Of a stretch of 64,000 bases of DNA, positions 20,473-30,830 are shown one piece after another (positions within the stretch are counted from its first letter, which is position 1; each line of letters opens with the position of its first letter). The notes beneath the pieces are model-generated. The model did not search any database. It had not been told where the DNA came from and was given only the letters and a program-made list of their open reading frames with translations. This DNA comes from an uncultured delta proteobacterium (GTDB lineage Bacteria > Myxococcota_A > Polyangia > Polyangiales > Polyangiaceae): positions 672,001 to 736,000 of the forward strand of contig CAVQUB010000005.1 of NCBI GenBank assembly GCA_963716725.1. The letters are read 5' to 3'. The translations under genes were made by a program, and so were the position numbers.

Positions 20473-21849
20473 TCAGACGATCGAGACCCGCCCCTCGCTG
20501 AAGTCGGCGGCGCCGTTCAGGACGTCCTCGAGCTCCCGCAGGCGGCGCTCGGAGTAGTCCGAGAGGAAGGACAAGAGCCGGGGGTCCGTCATCGCCATCT
20601 TCTTGAATTCGTCGTTGTCGAGCACCAGCACCAGACACTTGGTGTCGCAGCGGACCGAGGTCGGCGCGGGCCAATTGCTGAGCAGCGAGGCCTCACCGAA
20701 GATCGCCCCGCTGTTCAGGGTACCCAAGAGCCTGCGCTGCTCGCGGTCGCCACGGATGACCGAGGCGCGACCGGTCAGGAGCAAGAACAGTCCCGGGGAG
20801 ATCCAGTTTTCGGTCACCAAGACCGCCCCGGCAGGCGCTTCCAGCAGCCGAAATCGGCCGACCAGGTCCTGGCGCTCGTCGGGTGCGAGCTGGGTGAACA
20901 TCGGATGCGTAGACGTCAGCGCATTCACCAACCGCTCGCGCACCTCTTGCAACAGCGCGTTGAGCACCTCGGGCTCGCGCTCGATCAACTCGGTGACAGC
21001 GACTCTGGAGAGCTTCAGCAGCTTGCACTCGTCGAGAGCCACCGCGGTGTAGGGCCGCGCGTCGTCCGAGAGGACGCCGACGACGCCCAGCACTCCGCCC
21101 GACTCCAGTCGTGTGAGCTCGACGCTGCGCTGAGCGTCCGCCCACAAGACCACTCGACCGTCGGCGACGACGTACATCGCGTCGGGAACTTCGCCGCGCT
21201 CGAAGACCACGCTCCCCCGCGGGCAATCGATCAGCTCGAGGCGGTCGATGAGCAGCTTGAGGGTCTCGGGGCTCACGCTGCGGAAGAGCGGCAGCGACTC
21301 CAGGACTGCTCCCGGATCCAGCGGGTAGTCCACGAAGTACTCGATCTCTTCGATCTGGATCTCGTAGGCGCCGGACTCCTTCTTGACCGCGCCCGGCACC
21401 GCGTCCCGCAGTGACATCGTCTCGAGGGGTGCGCCGGACCGGATGCTCCTCGGCCCCTCGGTCGACACGGCCCCGTCGCTCGCCAAGATCTCCGCCGCCG
21501 CGCGGGGAACGCGGTCGAGCCCTCGCACCCGCTGGCCTTGCAGCTCGGCGAGGCGGTCCTGCGTCCGGGTGTGGTCCGGATCGAGAGCCAGAATCATCTT
21601 GCAGATCGCCACGGCCTTGAGCGTGAACCCGCGGTCGGCGTAGCCCGTCGCGGCCCGCTCCAGCGCCGCCTGTTGCTCGCGACCCTTGCCGAGCTGCCGA
21701 TAACACTCGGCCGCGCGTTGGGGCCAGCTGGCGTCGCGTGGCTCGAGACGCTCGAGCTCGAGGTAGGCGTCGAGGGCCTGCTCGAGGCGGCCTTTCTCGC
21801 GTGCTTCGGCCGCTGCTTGGCGCAAGCGCCTGATCTGCTCCTTCGACAT
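20473..21849 (-). CDS. TPR-like N-terminus plus two cyclic-nucleotide-binding domains
   Basis: Helical TPR-like region; LPLF...FERGE...MYVVADG and FGEASLL...SVRC CNB signatures. Confidence 0.85.
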   Translation of the reverse strand: MSKEQIRRLRQAAAEAREKGRLEQALDAYLELERLEPRDASWPQRAAECYRQLGKGREQQAALERAATGYADRGFTLKAVAICKMILALDPDHTRTQDRLAELQGQRVRGLDRVPRAAAEILASDGAVSTEGPRSIRSGAPLETMSLRDAVPGAVKKESGAYEIQIEEIEYFVDYPLDPGAVLESLPLFRSVSPETLKLLIDRLELIDCPRGSVVFERGEVPDAMYVVADGRVVLWADAQRSVELTRLESGGVLGVVGVLSDDARPYTAVALDECKLLKLSRVAVTELIEREPEVLNALLQEVRERLVNALTSTHPMFTQLAPDERQDLVGRFRLLEAPAGAVLVTENWISPGLFLLLTGRASVIRGDREQRRLLGTLNSGAIFGEASLLSNWPAPTSVRCDTKCLVLVLDNDEFKKMAMTDPRLLSFLSDYSERRLRELEDVLNGAADFSEGRVSIV

Positions 21850-21951
21850 GCTCCTCCGATTTCTATAGCAGACCTGCGCGGGGACCCCTTGCTGTCCCGG
21901 CGCCTCAGCGCAGCGCAGATTTGGTGCTAAGCAAGCTGCGTGGGCGGTTCC

Positions 21952-22941
21952 ATGAGCACTCGGGCAAGGCGTGAAGGATTGGCGTGCGCAGTGCTCGCAA
22001 CGGCAATGGCGCTCGCGTGCTCGGGTTCGTCGGACGACGATCCGGGATCGGGCGGTGCGGGTGGCGCCGCCGGAGGTGTTGCGGGCATGGCCGGTACCGG
22101 CGGGACGCCTGCGGGAGGTTCGGCCGGGGCTGTCACCGGAGGAAGCGCGGGTGCCGCCGGAACGGGCGGCGCCTCGTCGAGCGGTTCCTTCTCGGTCCTG
22201 ACCTACAACGTTGCAGGGCTGCCTCAAGGCATCAGCGGCGGCAATCCCACCGTCAACACGCCGCTGATCAGCCCGCTCTTGAACCCATTCGACTTGGTCT
22301 ACGTGCAGGAGGACTTCAGCTTCCACGCGGCGCTCGTCTCTGCGGTGACGCATGCCTATTTGTCGCTTCCGCTCGCCACGGGTGGCGCGCTTGGCGACGG
22401 GTTGAATCGCCTGGCGCGCTTCCCGTTCTCCGGCTTTGCCCGGGAAGCGTGGCAGGTCTGTTACGGGACCATCGATTCTGGGAGCGACTGTCTGACCAAG
22501 AAGGGCTTCTCGGTCGCTTCGCACCAGTTGGCGGAGGGCGCGAGCGTGCACGTCTACAACATGCACATGGACGCCGGCCACAAGAGCCAAGAAGACTACA
22601 AGGCTCGCCAGGCGCAGGTTCAGCAATTGCTCGCGGCAATCCAGAAGCGTTCGCTCGGACTGCCCGTGATCGTCGTGGGCGACACCAATCTGAAGGACAC
22701 GCAGGATGAAACGATGCTCCAGGCGCTGCTCGACGGCGCCGGACTCGAGGACGCCTGTCGCGCGCTCGGTTGCCCGGAGCCCGCTCGTATCGATCGCATC
22801 ATGTTCCGCAGCAGCGTCACCTTCACGCTCACGCCGAAGAATTGGCGCGTGGATCCGAGTTTCGTCGACGGCACGGCCAAGCCGCTCTCGGATCACGAGG
22901 CCGTCGCCGTCGACTTCGACTGGTCTGGCAAGTCGGAGTGA
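21952..22941 (+). CDS. Endonuclease/exonuclease/phosphatase (EEP) family lipoprotein
   Basis: Lipobox ALAC; LTYNVAGLP, VQEDF, KG, NMHMDAG, GDTN, IDRI, LSDH. Confidence 0.88.
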   Translation: MSTRARREGLACAVLATAMALACSGSSDDDPGSGGAGGAAGGVAGMAGTGGTPAGGSAGAVTGGSAGAAGTGGASSSGSFSVLTYNVAGLPQGISGGNPTVNTPLISPLLNPFDLVYVQEDFSFHAALVSAVTHAYLSLPLATGGALGDGLNRLARFPFSGFAREAWQVCYGTIDSGSDCLTKKGFSVASHQLAEGASVHVYNMHMDAGHKSQEDYKARQAQVQQLLAAIQKRSLGLPVIVVGDTNLKDTQDETMLQALLDGAGLEDACRALGCPEPARIDRIMFRSSVTFTLTPKNWRVDPSFVDGTAKPLSDHEAVAVDFDWSGKSE

Positions 22942-22992
22942 CGAGGCACGAAGCGATCAGGCGCCGGCGACGGCGTCGCGGGGAATTCGGGG

Positions 22993-23769
22993 TCAGCGCC
23001 CGCCGCGGTCGGCCGCGTCGACGATGGCACTGAACCCCGCGGCGTCGAGGGACGCGCCGCCCACCAGGGCGCCGTCGATGTTCGGTTGCCCGAGCAACTG
23101 CGCTGCGTTGTCGGCCTTCACGCTGCCGCCGTAGAGGACGCGGGTCGCTTTGGCCAACGCGCCCGACTGCTGGGCCAGGAGCGCCCGGATCGCCGCGTGC
23201 ACGGCCTCCGCGTCTTCGGGGCTGGCGACCTTGCCGGTGCCAATGGCCCACACGGGCTCGTAGGCGATGGCGCCGAAGCCCGGTTGTCGGGCCAGCACGT
23301 CGATCACGGCGCGGACCTGACGCCCGACTACCTCGAGCGTGGTGCCGGCGTCGCGCTCGGCCAGCGTCTCGCCGACGCACACCATCGGCCGCGGGCCCGT
23401 CGTCAGCGCGCGTTGGGTCTTCTTCGCGACGACCGCGTCGGTCTCGCCGCAGAGTTGACGTCGCTCACTGTGGCCGACGAGGACCCACGTCACGCCCGTC
23501 GCGAGCAGCATCCCGCTGGAGATTTCACCTGTGAACGCGCCGTCGTTGGCATCGCTCATGTTCTGCGCGCCAAGCGCGACGCGGCTCCCGGTGGCGTCGA
23601 GCGCTGCGCGAACCGCAGCGAGCGCGGTGAAGGGCGGCGCGACGAGCACGTCGACGCGATCGCGGTCCCGCACGCTCCGCGCTACGGCGGCCGCCAACTC
23701 AGCGGCCTCCGGCCCGCCGACGTTCATCTTCCAATTGCCGGCGATGAAAGGCCTTCGGTCGGGGTTCAC
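22993..23769 (-). CDS. tpiA: Triosephosphate isomerase
   Basis: [36 protein letters not shown]. Confidence 0.98.
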   Translation of the reverse strand: MNPDRRPFIAGNWKMNVGGPEAAELAAAVARSVRDRDRVDVLVAPPFTALAAVRAALDATGSRVALGAQNMSDANDGAFTGEISSGMLLATGVTWVLVGHSERRQLCGETDAVVAKKTQRALTTGPRPMVCVGETLAERDAGTTLEVVGRQVRAVIDVLARQPGFGAIAYEPVWAIGTGKVASPEDAEAVHAAIRALLAQQSGALAKATRVLYGGSVKADNAAQLLGQPNIDGALVGGASLDAAGFSAIVDAADRGGR

Positions 23770-23853
23770 GAGTTCCTGCCTACGGCTTGGGCCGCGCGAC
23801 GGTCAAGCCCGCTTCCATGGCCGCCCTGCTTGGGATACGGTCGCCATTCTCCG

Positions 23854-25287
23854 ATGAGTACCTCCTTCCACGCGGCTGGGCCTGTCGTCCTCGCCAGCGA
23901 TCATGGGGGTTTCGAGCTGAAACAGGCGCTGCTTCGCCACCTAGCGCGGGCTGGGGTGCGCACCTTGGACGCGGGCACCCACAGCAAGGAGGCCTGCGAC
24001 TACCCCGTGTTCGCGACCGCCGCCGCGCTCGCGGTGGCGCGCGGTGAGGCGTGGCGTGGCGTGGTGATCGACGGCGCCGGAATCGGCTCGGGCATGGTCG
24101 CAAACAAGATCCCGGGCGTGCGCTCGGCGATGGCGTTCAACGAGGCCACCGCGCGGAACGCGCGTGAGCACAACAACGCCAACGTCATCACCTTGGGAGC
24201 GGGCTATCTCAGCGAAGAAGCGGCCATCAAAGTCCTTGACGTCTTTCTGGCTACCGATTGTACTGAAGACCGCCACAAGCGCCGTGTGGCGATGATCGAC
24301 GCACTCGACGCCGGGCGCAGCTTGCCCGCGTCCCCACACCTCACGAGGATCAGCGAGCCCATGGCAAGCACCGACCGCGCGGCGCTCGTTCAAGCGATCG
24401 TCGACGTCCTGACGGCGAACCCGTCGTTGCTCGCGGGCGCCGGCGACATGCCCGGCGGTGCGCCCAGCTTGTGCGAGAACGGGCGCTGCGTCGCCTGTGG
24501 GCACTGCATCTCCAAGCGAACCGACAGCGTGCGGGCCATCGTCGGCGCTGGCCGCCCCATGCGCCTCGCCAGCGCGCCGGGGTTGGGCGCGGTTCCCGAG
24601 GACATCGCCAAATACATCGACCACACCCTGCTCAAGCCCGACGCGACCTACGCCGACATCGACAAACTCTGCGACGAGGCGCGGCGGTTCGGCTTTGCCT
24701 CGGTCTGCGTCAATCCGGTGCACGTCAAGCGCTGCGCGGACAAACTCCGGGGCTCGTCCTCCCTCGTGTGCACGGTGATTGGCTTCCCGCTCGGTGCCAC
24801 GCCGCCTGAGGTCAAGGCGCTGGAGACTCGCCGCGCGATCCGCGATGGCGCTCGCGAGATCGACATGGTCGTCGCCATCGGCGCGCTCAAGTCCGGGGAC
24901 CACAAGTACGTGTACGAAGACATCCGTACCGTGGCTGAGGCAGCCCACGACGGCCGCGCCATCCTCAAGGTCATCCTCGAGACGGCACTGCTGACCGACG
25001 AAGAGAAGATCGCCGGCTGCGTCGCCGCCAAGAAAGCGCGCGCCGACTTCGTCAAGACTTCGACCGGCTTCGCCAAGGGTGGGGCGACCGTGCACGACGT
25101 CACGCTGATGGCCACGGCCGTCGATCAGAAGCTCGGCGTCAAGGCCTCCGGCGGCGTCGGTTCGGTGGACGACGCGCGCAAGATGATCGAAGCCGGTGCG
25201 ACTCGCATCGGCGCGTCCGTCGGTGTGAAGATCGTGCAAGAGTCACGTGGGCAGAAGTCCGACGAGACCGCGAAGGCTGCGTACTAG
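23854..25287 (+). CDS. deoC: RpiB-family sugar-phosphate isomerase / deoxyribose-phosphate aldolase (DeoC) fusion with internal encapsulation peptide
   Basis: N-half: [31 protein letters not shown]-half: [39 protein letters not shown]; no stop between them. Confidence 0.93.
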   Translation: MSTSFHAAGPVVLASDHGGFELKQALLRHLARAGVRTLDAGTHSKEACDYPVFATAAALAVARGEAWRGVVIDGAGIGSGMVANKIPGVRSAMAFNEATARNAREHNNANVITLGAGYLSEEAAIKVLDVFLATDCTEDRHKRRVAMIDALDAGRSLPASPHLTRISEPMASTDRAALVQAIVDVLTANPSLLAGAGDMPGGAPSLCENGRCVACGHCISKRTDSVRAIVGAGRPMRLASAPGLGAVPEDIAKYIDHTLLKPDATYADIDKLCDEARRFGFASVCVNPVHVKRCADKLRGSSSLVCTVIGFPLGATPPEVKALETRRAIRDGAREIDMVVAIGALKSGDHKYVYEDIRTVAEAAHDGRAILKVILETALLTDEEKIAGCVAAKKARADFVKTSTGFAKGGATVHDVTLMATAVDQKLGVKASGGVGSVDDARKMIEAGATRIGASVGVKIVQESRGQKSDETAKAAY

Positions 25288-25313
25288 CAGCCTCGAAAGG
25301 TGAGAGCAGCCAG

Positions 25314-25949
25314 ATGGCCGACCTCCGAAGCTTCGTTTTCCTCGATTCGCTCCAACCACAGCTCGCGGCTTACCTCGGCACCATCGCCAAGGGCTTCTTG
25401 CCCGTGGCGGGCGAGGCGTCGCTGATCGTCGAGATCTCTCCCGGCATCGAGATCAACCGCTGCACCGACATCGCGGTGAAGGCGACCGACGTTCGGCCGG
25501 GCATGCAGATCGTCGAGCGCTTGTACGGCATGCTCGAGCTGCACAGCCCCTCCCAAGCCGACGTGCGGCAGGCGGGCAGCGCCATCCTCGAAGCGTTGGG
25601 GCTGAACGAAGAAGACCGCATCAAGCCCCGGGTGCTGTCCTCGCAGGTCATCAAGCACGTCGACGACCTGCAGGTGCAGCTGATCAACCGCAGCCGCCAA
25701 GGCATGATGCTGATCGCGCAGGAGTCGCTCTTCATCATGGAGGTCGAGCCCGCGGGTTACGCGGCGTTTGCCGCCAACGAAGCCGAGAAAGCCGCCGAGA
25801 TCAACGTGGTCGACGTGCGCATGACCGGCGCCTTTGGCCGCATCTATTTGGGTGGCGAGCAGCGCGACATCGACGTGGCCAGCGTGGCCGCGGCGAAGGC
25901 GATCGAGTCGCTGAAGGGTCGCGAGGCGAAATCCTCGCGGAAGGACTGA
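25314..25949 (+). CDS. BMC shell trimer, permuted double-layer type (BMC-Tdp, CcmP/CsoS1D-like)
   Basis: [46 protein letters not shown]. Confidence 0.92.
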   Translation: MADLRSFVFLDSLQPQLAAYLGTIAKGFLPVAGEASLIVEISPGIEINRCTDIAVKATDVRPGMQIVERLYGMLELHSPSQADVRQAGSAILEALGLNEEDRIKPRVLSSQVIKHVDDLQVQLINRSRQGMMLIAQESLFIMEVEPAGYAAFAANEAEKAAEINVVDVRMTGAFGRIYLGGEQRDIDVASVAAAKAIESLKGREAKSSRKD

Positions 25950-25952
25950 GCC

Positions 25953-26573
25953 GTGATCGACCTCCGAAGTTTCGTATTTTTGGACTCGCTGCAGCCGCAG
26001 CACGCCGCATTTCTCGGCACCGTCGCCAAGGGCTTCTTGCCCGTGCGCGGCCAAGCGTCGCTGCTGATCGAGATCGCGCCGGGCATCGAGATCAACCGCC
26101 TCACCGACATCGCGGTCAAGACCACCAGCGTGCAGCCGGGCATGCAGATCGTCGAGCGCCTCTACGGCCTGCTCGAGTTCCACCACGATCAGCAGGCCGA
26201 GGTGCGCCGCGCGGGCGAGGCCATCCTCAAAGAGATTGGCGCCGAGGAGTCCTCGCGCATCAAGCCGGAGATCTTGTCGTCGACCGTCATCCGCCACCTC
26301 GACGACCGGCAGACGCAGCTCATCAACCGCGTGCGTCATGGCCATATGATCGTCGCCGGTCAGACGCTCTACACCCTGGAGGTGCAGCCGGCGGCCAACG
26401 CCGCCCTGGCCGCCAACGAAGCCGAGAAAGCGGCGAACATCAAGGTGCTCGAGATCGTGAGCTTCGGCTCCCTGGGTCGCGTCTACTTGGCGGGTGACGA
26501 CCGCGACATCGACGTGGCTGTGCCCGCGGCGGAGCGGGCGCTCGCGGGGCTGACGGGCCGCGCCGGCAAATGA
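25953..26573 (+). CDS. Second BMC-Tdp shell trimer
   Basis: Paralog of the preceding gene: [38 protein letters not shown]. Confidence 0.92.
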   Translation: MIDLRSFVFLDSLQPQHAAFLGTVAKGFLPVRGQASLLIEIAPGIEINRLTDIAVKTTSVQPGMQIVERLYGLLEFHHDQQAEVRRAGEAILKEIGAEESSRIKPEILSSTVIRHLDDRQTQLINRVRHGHMIVAGQTLYTLEVQPAANAALAANEAEKAANIKVLEIVSFGSLGRVYLAGDDRDIDVAVPAAERALAGLTGRAGK

Positions 26574-26620
26574 ACGAAGGCTTTGGGAAGAACAACGCGT
26601 CAGTACAACGGAGAACGTAA

Positions 26621-26938
<318 letters not shown>

Positions 26939-27001
26939 GAGACCTCTCGAGCCCCCGTGTCTCGCGCCGCGGCGCGGCGCGGGGGAAGTCAGGATCGGAC
27001 G

Positions 27002-27316
27002 ATGCTCCTAGCAAAGGTGGTCGGGACTCTGGTCGCGACGCGCAAGGATCCGAAGCTCGACGGGCTCAAATTCATGCTGCTCCGGCAGGTGAACCCAGAG
27101 AGCCTGGTCGAAGGCGGTTACGTGGTGGCCAACGACGCCGTCGGCTGCGGCGTTGGCGAATACGTGCTCTACGCGTCGGGATCGTCCGCCCGTCAGACCG
27201 AGGTCACCAAGGATCGGCCCTGCGACGCGGTCGTCATGGCCATCGTCGATACCTGGGAGATCGGCGGCGAGACGCGCTTCGAGAAGCACGGACAGGAACA
27301 CGGCTATGCGGACTAG
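27002..27316 (+). CDS. BMC vertex pentamer (BMC-P, EutN/CcmL family)
   Basis: [38 protein letters not shown]. Confidence 0.95.
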   Translation: MLLAKVVGTLVATRKDPKLDGLKFMLLRQVNPESLVEGGYVVANDAVGCGVGEYVLYASGSSARQTEVTKDRPCDAVVMAIVDTWEIGGETRFEKHGQEHGYAD

Positions 27317-27340
27317 CGCTCCGGATCGGCAAGCGTCGCG

Positions 27341-28783
27341 ATGAACCCGGAGGAAATCAGGCGCATCGCCGAGTCCATCGCCGACCGGCTCGCCGGGGGC
27401 GGTGGTGTTTCGGCCAACGCGCCCGCGCCGCTCGCGACCGCTGCGCCCTCCCCTTCTGCTGACGGCATCTTTGCCAACGTCGACGACGCCATCAAGGCCG
27501 CCCGGGCAGGGTTCATCGCGCTGTCGGCCCTCGGCCTCGAACAGCGCAAGCTGATCATCGAGTCCATGCGCGTCGAGATGCGCCGCCAGGCCGAGCCCCT
27601 GGCGCGCATGGCCAATGAAGAGACGGGCCTCGGGCGCTTCGAGGACAAGGTCCAGAAGAACCTGCTGGTCACCAACAAGACCCCCGGAACCGAAGATCTC
27701 AGCCCCATTGCCCACAGCGGCGACGACGGCTTCGCGCTGATCGAGCCGGCGCCCTTCGGTGTCATCGGAGCCATCACTCCGGTCACGAACCCGCCGTCGA
27801 CGATCATCTGCAACTCCATCGCCATGGTGGCCGCGGGCAATGCCGTCACTTTCAACCCGGCTCCCGGCGCGAAGCGGGTCTCGGCGGAGACGATCCGCTG
27901 CTTGAACCGCGCCATCGTTGCGGCGGGTGGGCCGGCAAACGTGCTGACCGCGGTGGCTGAGCCCACCATCGAATCGGCGACGGCGCTGATGAAGCACCCG
28001 CTGACGCGGCTGATCGTCGTGACCGGCGGGCCCGGCGTGGTGCAGGCCGCGATGAACTCGGGCAAGCGCGCGATCTGCGGTGGCCCGGGCAATCCGCCGG
28101 CGGTGGTCGATCCGACCGCTGACATCGACAAGGCCGGGCGCGACATCGTGCTGGGCCACTCCTTCGACAACAACGTGATTTGCGTCGACGAGAAGGAGGT
28201 CATCTGCGTGGACTCCGTCGCCGACTCGCTGAAGGCGGCGATGAAGCGCAACGGCGCGGTGGAGCTCAAGGCCACCGACATCCCGCGCCTCGAAAAGGTG
28301 ATCTTCGAGAAGAACGCCGGCCCTCGGGGCCACGCCGTCGTGAACCGAAAGTTCGTCGGCAAGAACGCCTCGCTCATCTTGCAGGAGCTCGGCATCCCCG
28401 GCGGCCCCGAGGTGCGCTGCATCCTCATCGACGTGCCCAACGACCATCCTCTGGTCTGGACCGAGCAGATGATGCCGGTGCTGCCCCTCACGCGCGTCAG
28501 GACCGTGGACGAGGCCATCGACCTCGCGGTGGAGGCCGAGGGCGGCTGCTTTCACACGGCGACCATGCACTCCCATGACATCGCGGCGCTCTCCCGCATG
28601 GCGCGCAGGTGCAACTGCAGCATCTTCGTCAAGAACGGTCGCGCCATCGCCGGGCTTGGCGCGGACGGCGAGGGCTACACCTCGTTCACCATCGCGTCGC
28701 CGACCGGGGAGGGGCTCACCACGGCGCGCTCGTTCTCGCGCTGGCGACGCTGCACGATGGTCGATCACTTCCGCATCGTCTGA
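27341..28783 (+). CDS. CoA-acylating aldehyde dehydrogenase (EutE/PduP family) with N-terminal encapsulation peptide
   Basis: MNPEEIRRIAESIADRL amphipathic helix and linker; ETGLG, PVTNP, TGGPGVV, GPGNPP, FDNNVIC, EQMMP, TIASPTGEG. Confidence 0.95.
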   Translation: MNPEEIRRIAESIADRLAGGGGVSANAPAPLATAAPSPSADGIFANVDDAIKAARAGFIALSALGLEQRKLIIESMRVEMRRQAEPLARMANEETGLGRFEDKVQKNLLVTNKTPGTEDLSPIAHSGDDGFALIEPAPFGVIGAITPVTNPPSTIICNSIAMVAAGNAVTFNPAPGAKRVSAETIRCLNRAIVAAGGPANVLTAVAEPTIESATALMKHPLTRLIVVTGGPGVVQAAMNSGKRAICGGPGNPPAVVDPTADIDKAGRDIVLGHSFDNNVICVDEKEVICVDSVADSLKAAMKRNGAVELKATDIPRLEKVIFEKNAGPRGHAVVNRKFVGKNASLILQELGIPGGPEVRCILIDVPNDHPLVWTEQMMPVLPLTRVRTVDEAIDLAVEAEGGCFHTATMHSHDIAALSRMARRCNCSIFVKNGRAIAGLGADGEGYTSFTIASPTGEGLTTARSFSRWRRCTMVDHFRIV

Positions 28784-28793
28784 GCCCCGGCCG

Positions 28794-29405
28794 ATGCTGT
28801 CGGAAATTCAGGCTCTCGGACCCGCGCTCGCGATGGTCGAGCTGTGTGACATTCCGTCAGGGCTGGTGGCGCTCGACGCCCTCGCCAAAGAGGCTCCGGT
28901 CGTGGTGGTCGGGGCGGGCACCATCCACCACGGCCATTTCTTGATCGTGTTCGCGGGTTCGGTCGCGGAGGTCGAGATGTCGTATGCGCGGGCGATCGAG
29001 CGCACCGAGGCCGCGATCGTCGACCGCGTGCTCTTGCCCGACGCCGAGCCTCGGCTCTTGCCCGCGCTCTCTCGCGGCGAGCGTCGCCCGCCGCTGGTCG
29101 GAGACGCGCTGGGCATGCTCGAGGCGCGTTCGTCTCCGACTCTGGTCGGCGCCGTCGACGCCGCGCTCAAAGGCACCGACGTCGAACTCGTCGAGTTGCG
29201 CCTCGCGGAGGGCCTGGGAGGCAAGGCCCTGGCGTCGCTCTGGGGCTACCAACACGATGTCGACGCGGCCGTCGAGCTCGCGGCAAAACGGCTGGAACGG
29301 GGCCGCTTCGAGGGCTCGTCCACCACCGTCATCGCCAACGCGCATCCAGAGGTGACGCGCGTGCTCGGCGGGGGTACGCGATTCTTCAAGGAGCAATTCG
29401 GATGA
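28794..29405 (+). CDS. BMC tandem-domain single-layer trimer (BMC-Ts)
   Basis: Two BMC domains: ALAMVE...DALAK and ALGMLE...DAALK, GLGGK, IANAH. Confidence 0.88.
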   Translation: MLSEIQALGPALAMVELCDIPSGLVALDALAKEAPVVVVGAGTIHHGHFLIVFAGSVAEVEMSYARAIERTEAAIVDRVLLPDAEPRLLPALSRGERRPPLVGDALGMLEARSSPTLVGAVDAALKGTDVELVELRLAEGLGGKALASLWGYQHDVDAAVELAAKRLERGRFEGSSTTVIANAHPEVTRVLGGGTRFFKEQFG

Positions 29406-29716
29406 AGCTCGGTCGCGTCATCGGCACCCTGGTCGCCAGCGTGAAGCCCGAGGCCATGAAGGGTCTCAAGCTGCTGATCGTGCGTCCGCTCACCTCGACG
29501 CTCGAACCCGGCGGAGAGGCCTTCGTCGCGACCGACGCATCGGCTCAAGCTTCGACCGGCGATCTCGTGACTTGGGAGGCATCGCGGGAGGCCGCACTGC
29601 TCCACGATCCCTGGTTCGTGCCGGTGGATCACGCGGTCGTAGGCATTGTGGACCAACACCACTACGACGAGACGGGTACCGCCGATCCGCGCACGCGGCG
29701 GGGGACAGGCTCGTGA
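29402..29716 (+). CDS. BMC vertex pentamer (BMC-P)
   Basis: MKLGRVIGTLVASVK, SREAA, PVDHAVVGIVD; ATGA overlap with previous gene. Confidence 0.92.
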   Translation: MKLGRVIGTLVASVKPEAMKGLKLLIVRPLTSTLEPGGEAFVATDASAQASTGDLVTWEASREAALLHDPWFVPVDHAVVGIVDQHHYDETGTADPRTRRGTGS

Positions 29717-29994
29717 TCCTGGGTCGCGTCACGGGGACCGTCGTCTCCACGGTTCAGCACGCATTCTACTCGGGAAAGAAGCAGCTCATCGTTCGTGCCT
29801 GCACGCCCGACGGCGCCTTCGATGGTGAGTCCTACGTCGTCGCCATCGATCTGGTCGGCGCCGGAGTAGGCGAGATGGTGATCGTGCAAGACGAGGGCAA
29901 CAGTGCGCGGCAGTTGCTCGGCCTCGAGGGCGCTCCGGTTCGATCGGTGGTCGTGGGCATCGTCGACCAGGTGACCGATTCGTCAGAACGCTGA
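29713..29994 (+). CDS. BMC vertex pentamer (BMC-P)
   Basis: MILGRVTGTVVST, DLVGAGVGE, EGNSARQ, VVGIVD; GTGA overlap. Confidence 0.92.
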   Translation: MILGRVTGTVVSTVQHAFYSGKKQLIVRACTPDGAFDGESYVVAIDLVGAGVGEMVIVQDEGNSARQLLGLEGAPVRSVVVGIVDQVTDSSER

Positions 29995-30008
29995 GGCGCA
30001 GGCCCTGG

Positions 30009-30368
30009 TCACATCCAGACGGCCCAGGCCCGGTCCAGTGGATCCTGCTGCGGCTCGAGCTCGAGCCTGGATGACGAGACCGAGTCGGACAGCCGCAGCG
30101 TCGGCGCGTCTGGGCGGCGCCACCCCTCTTCGTCCACCCGAGTCACTCGTTCGACTTCCTCGTCGAGAGTGCCGGACAAGAGCTTGCCCAGAGCGAGCAG
30201 CGCCGCCGCGATGGCCCAGCGCCACTTCTCTGGCGCGCCGCGCCCGAAAGCCGAGCGCGTGAGGGACATGCCCACCCGCGCGACCTGCAACCTGCCCCGC
30301 GACGACGCGCAGTGCCGGAGCACGAAGCCCGCCCAATACTCTTCGAATGACCGATGTTCGGTGCTCAT
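30009..30368 (-). CDS. Hypothetical protein, weak DUF962/Mpo1-like N-terminus
   Basis: MSTEHRSFEEYWAGFVLRH resembles the FEEFWxxYLxEH start of DUF962 proteins; GAGG RBS. Confidence 0.4.
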   Translation of the reverse strand: MSTEHRSFEEYWAGFVLRHCASSRGRLQVARVGMSLTRSAFGRGAPEKWRWAIAAALLALGKLLSGTLDEEVERVTRVDEEGWRRPDAPTLRLSDSVSSSRLELEPQQDPLDRAWAVWM

Positions 30369-30517
30369 GGTGACCTCGGGCGCCTTCGCCCTATCCACCG
30401 GATACCTAGCCCGGCGCGACCGGGCCAAGTGTTGGGCGAACCCGAGTGGGCGGCGGCTCAGCGGGGGCGCAGCCGCTCAGAGAGAAACCTCCGGCCCCGC
30501 GATCCGGCTCCCAGTGT

Positions 30518-30830
30518 CTAGATCGGATAGGGCGACGCGCCGATCGCGTAGGTGTGCGTGGCGAGCGCGAGCGCGTAGATCACGACGCCGAGCAGCAGGC
30601 GCCAAGCCCCGATCTCCGAAACGCTCAGGCGATTGCGCCCCTCCAAGATCGCGGCGAAGGGCACGATGGACGTGGCGCTTGCGAACTTCTCCCAGTCTTC
30701 GCCGTGGGTTTCGCGTCGACGCCGCTCGATATGGAGCGTGCCGAGGATGGCGAGCGCGGCGGCCCCTGCGGCGAAGGACGCGGTCCCGCGAAGCAAGCCA
30801 CCGAACACGCAGCCATGCGTATCACGACGG
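30518..30830 (-). pseudogene. C-terminal fragment of an NnrU-family membrane protein
   Basis: TSIVPFAAILEGRNRL...EIG.WR...H....G.SP; N-terminal half not recognisable. Confidence 0.6.

Noticed and set aside
23086..23853. N-terminal 256-aa extension of the RpiB-DeoC ORF
   Set aside because: Antisense to tpiA; RpiB homology starts after ATG 23854
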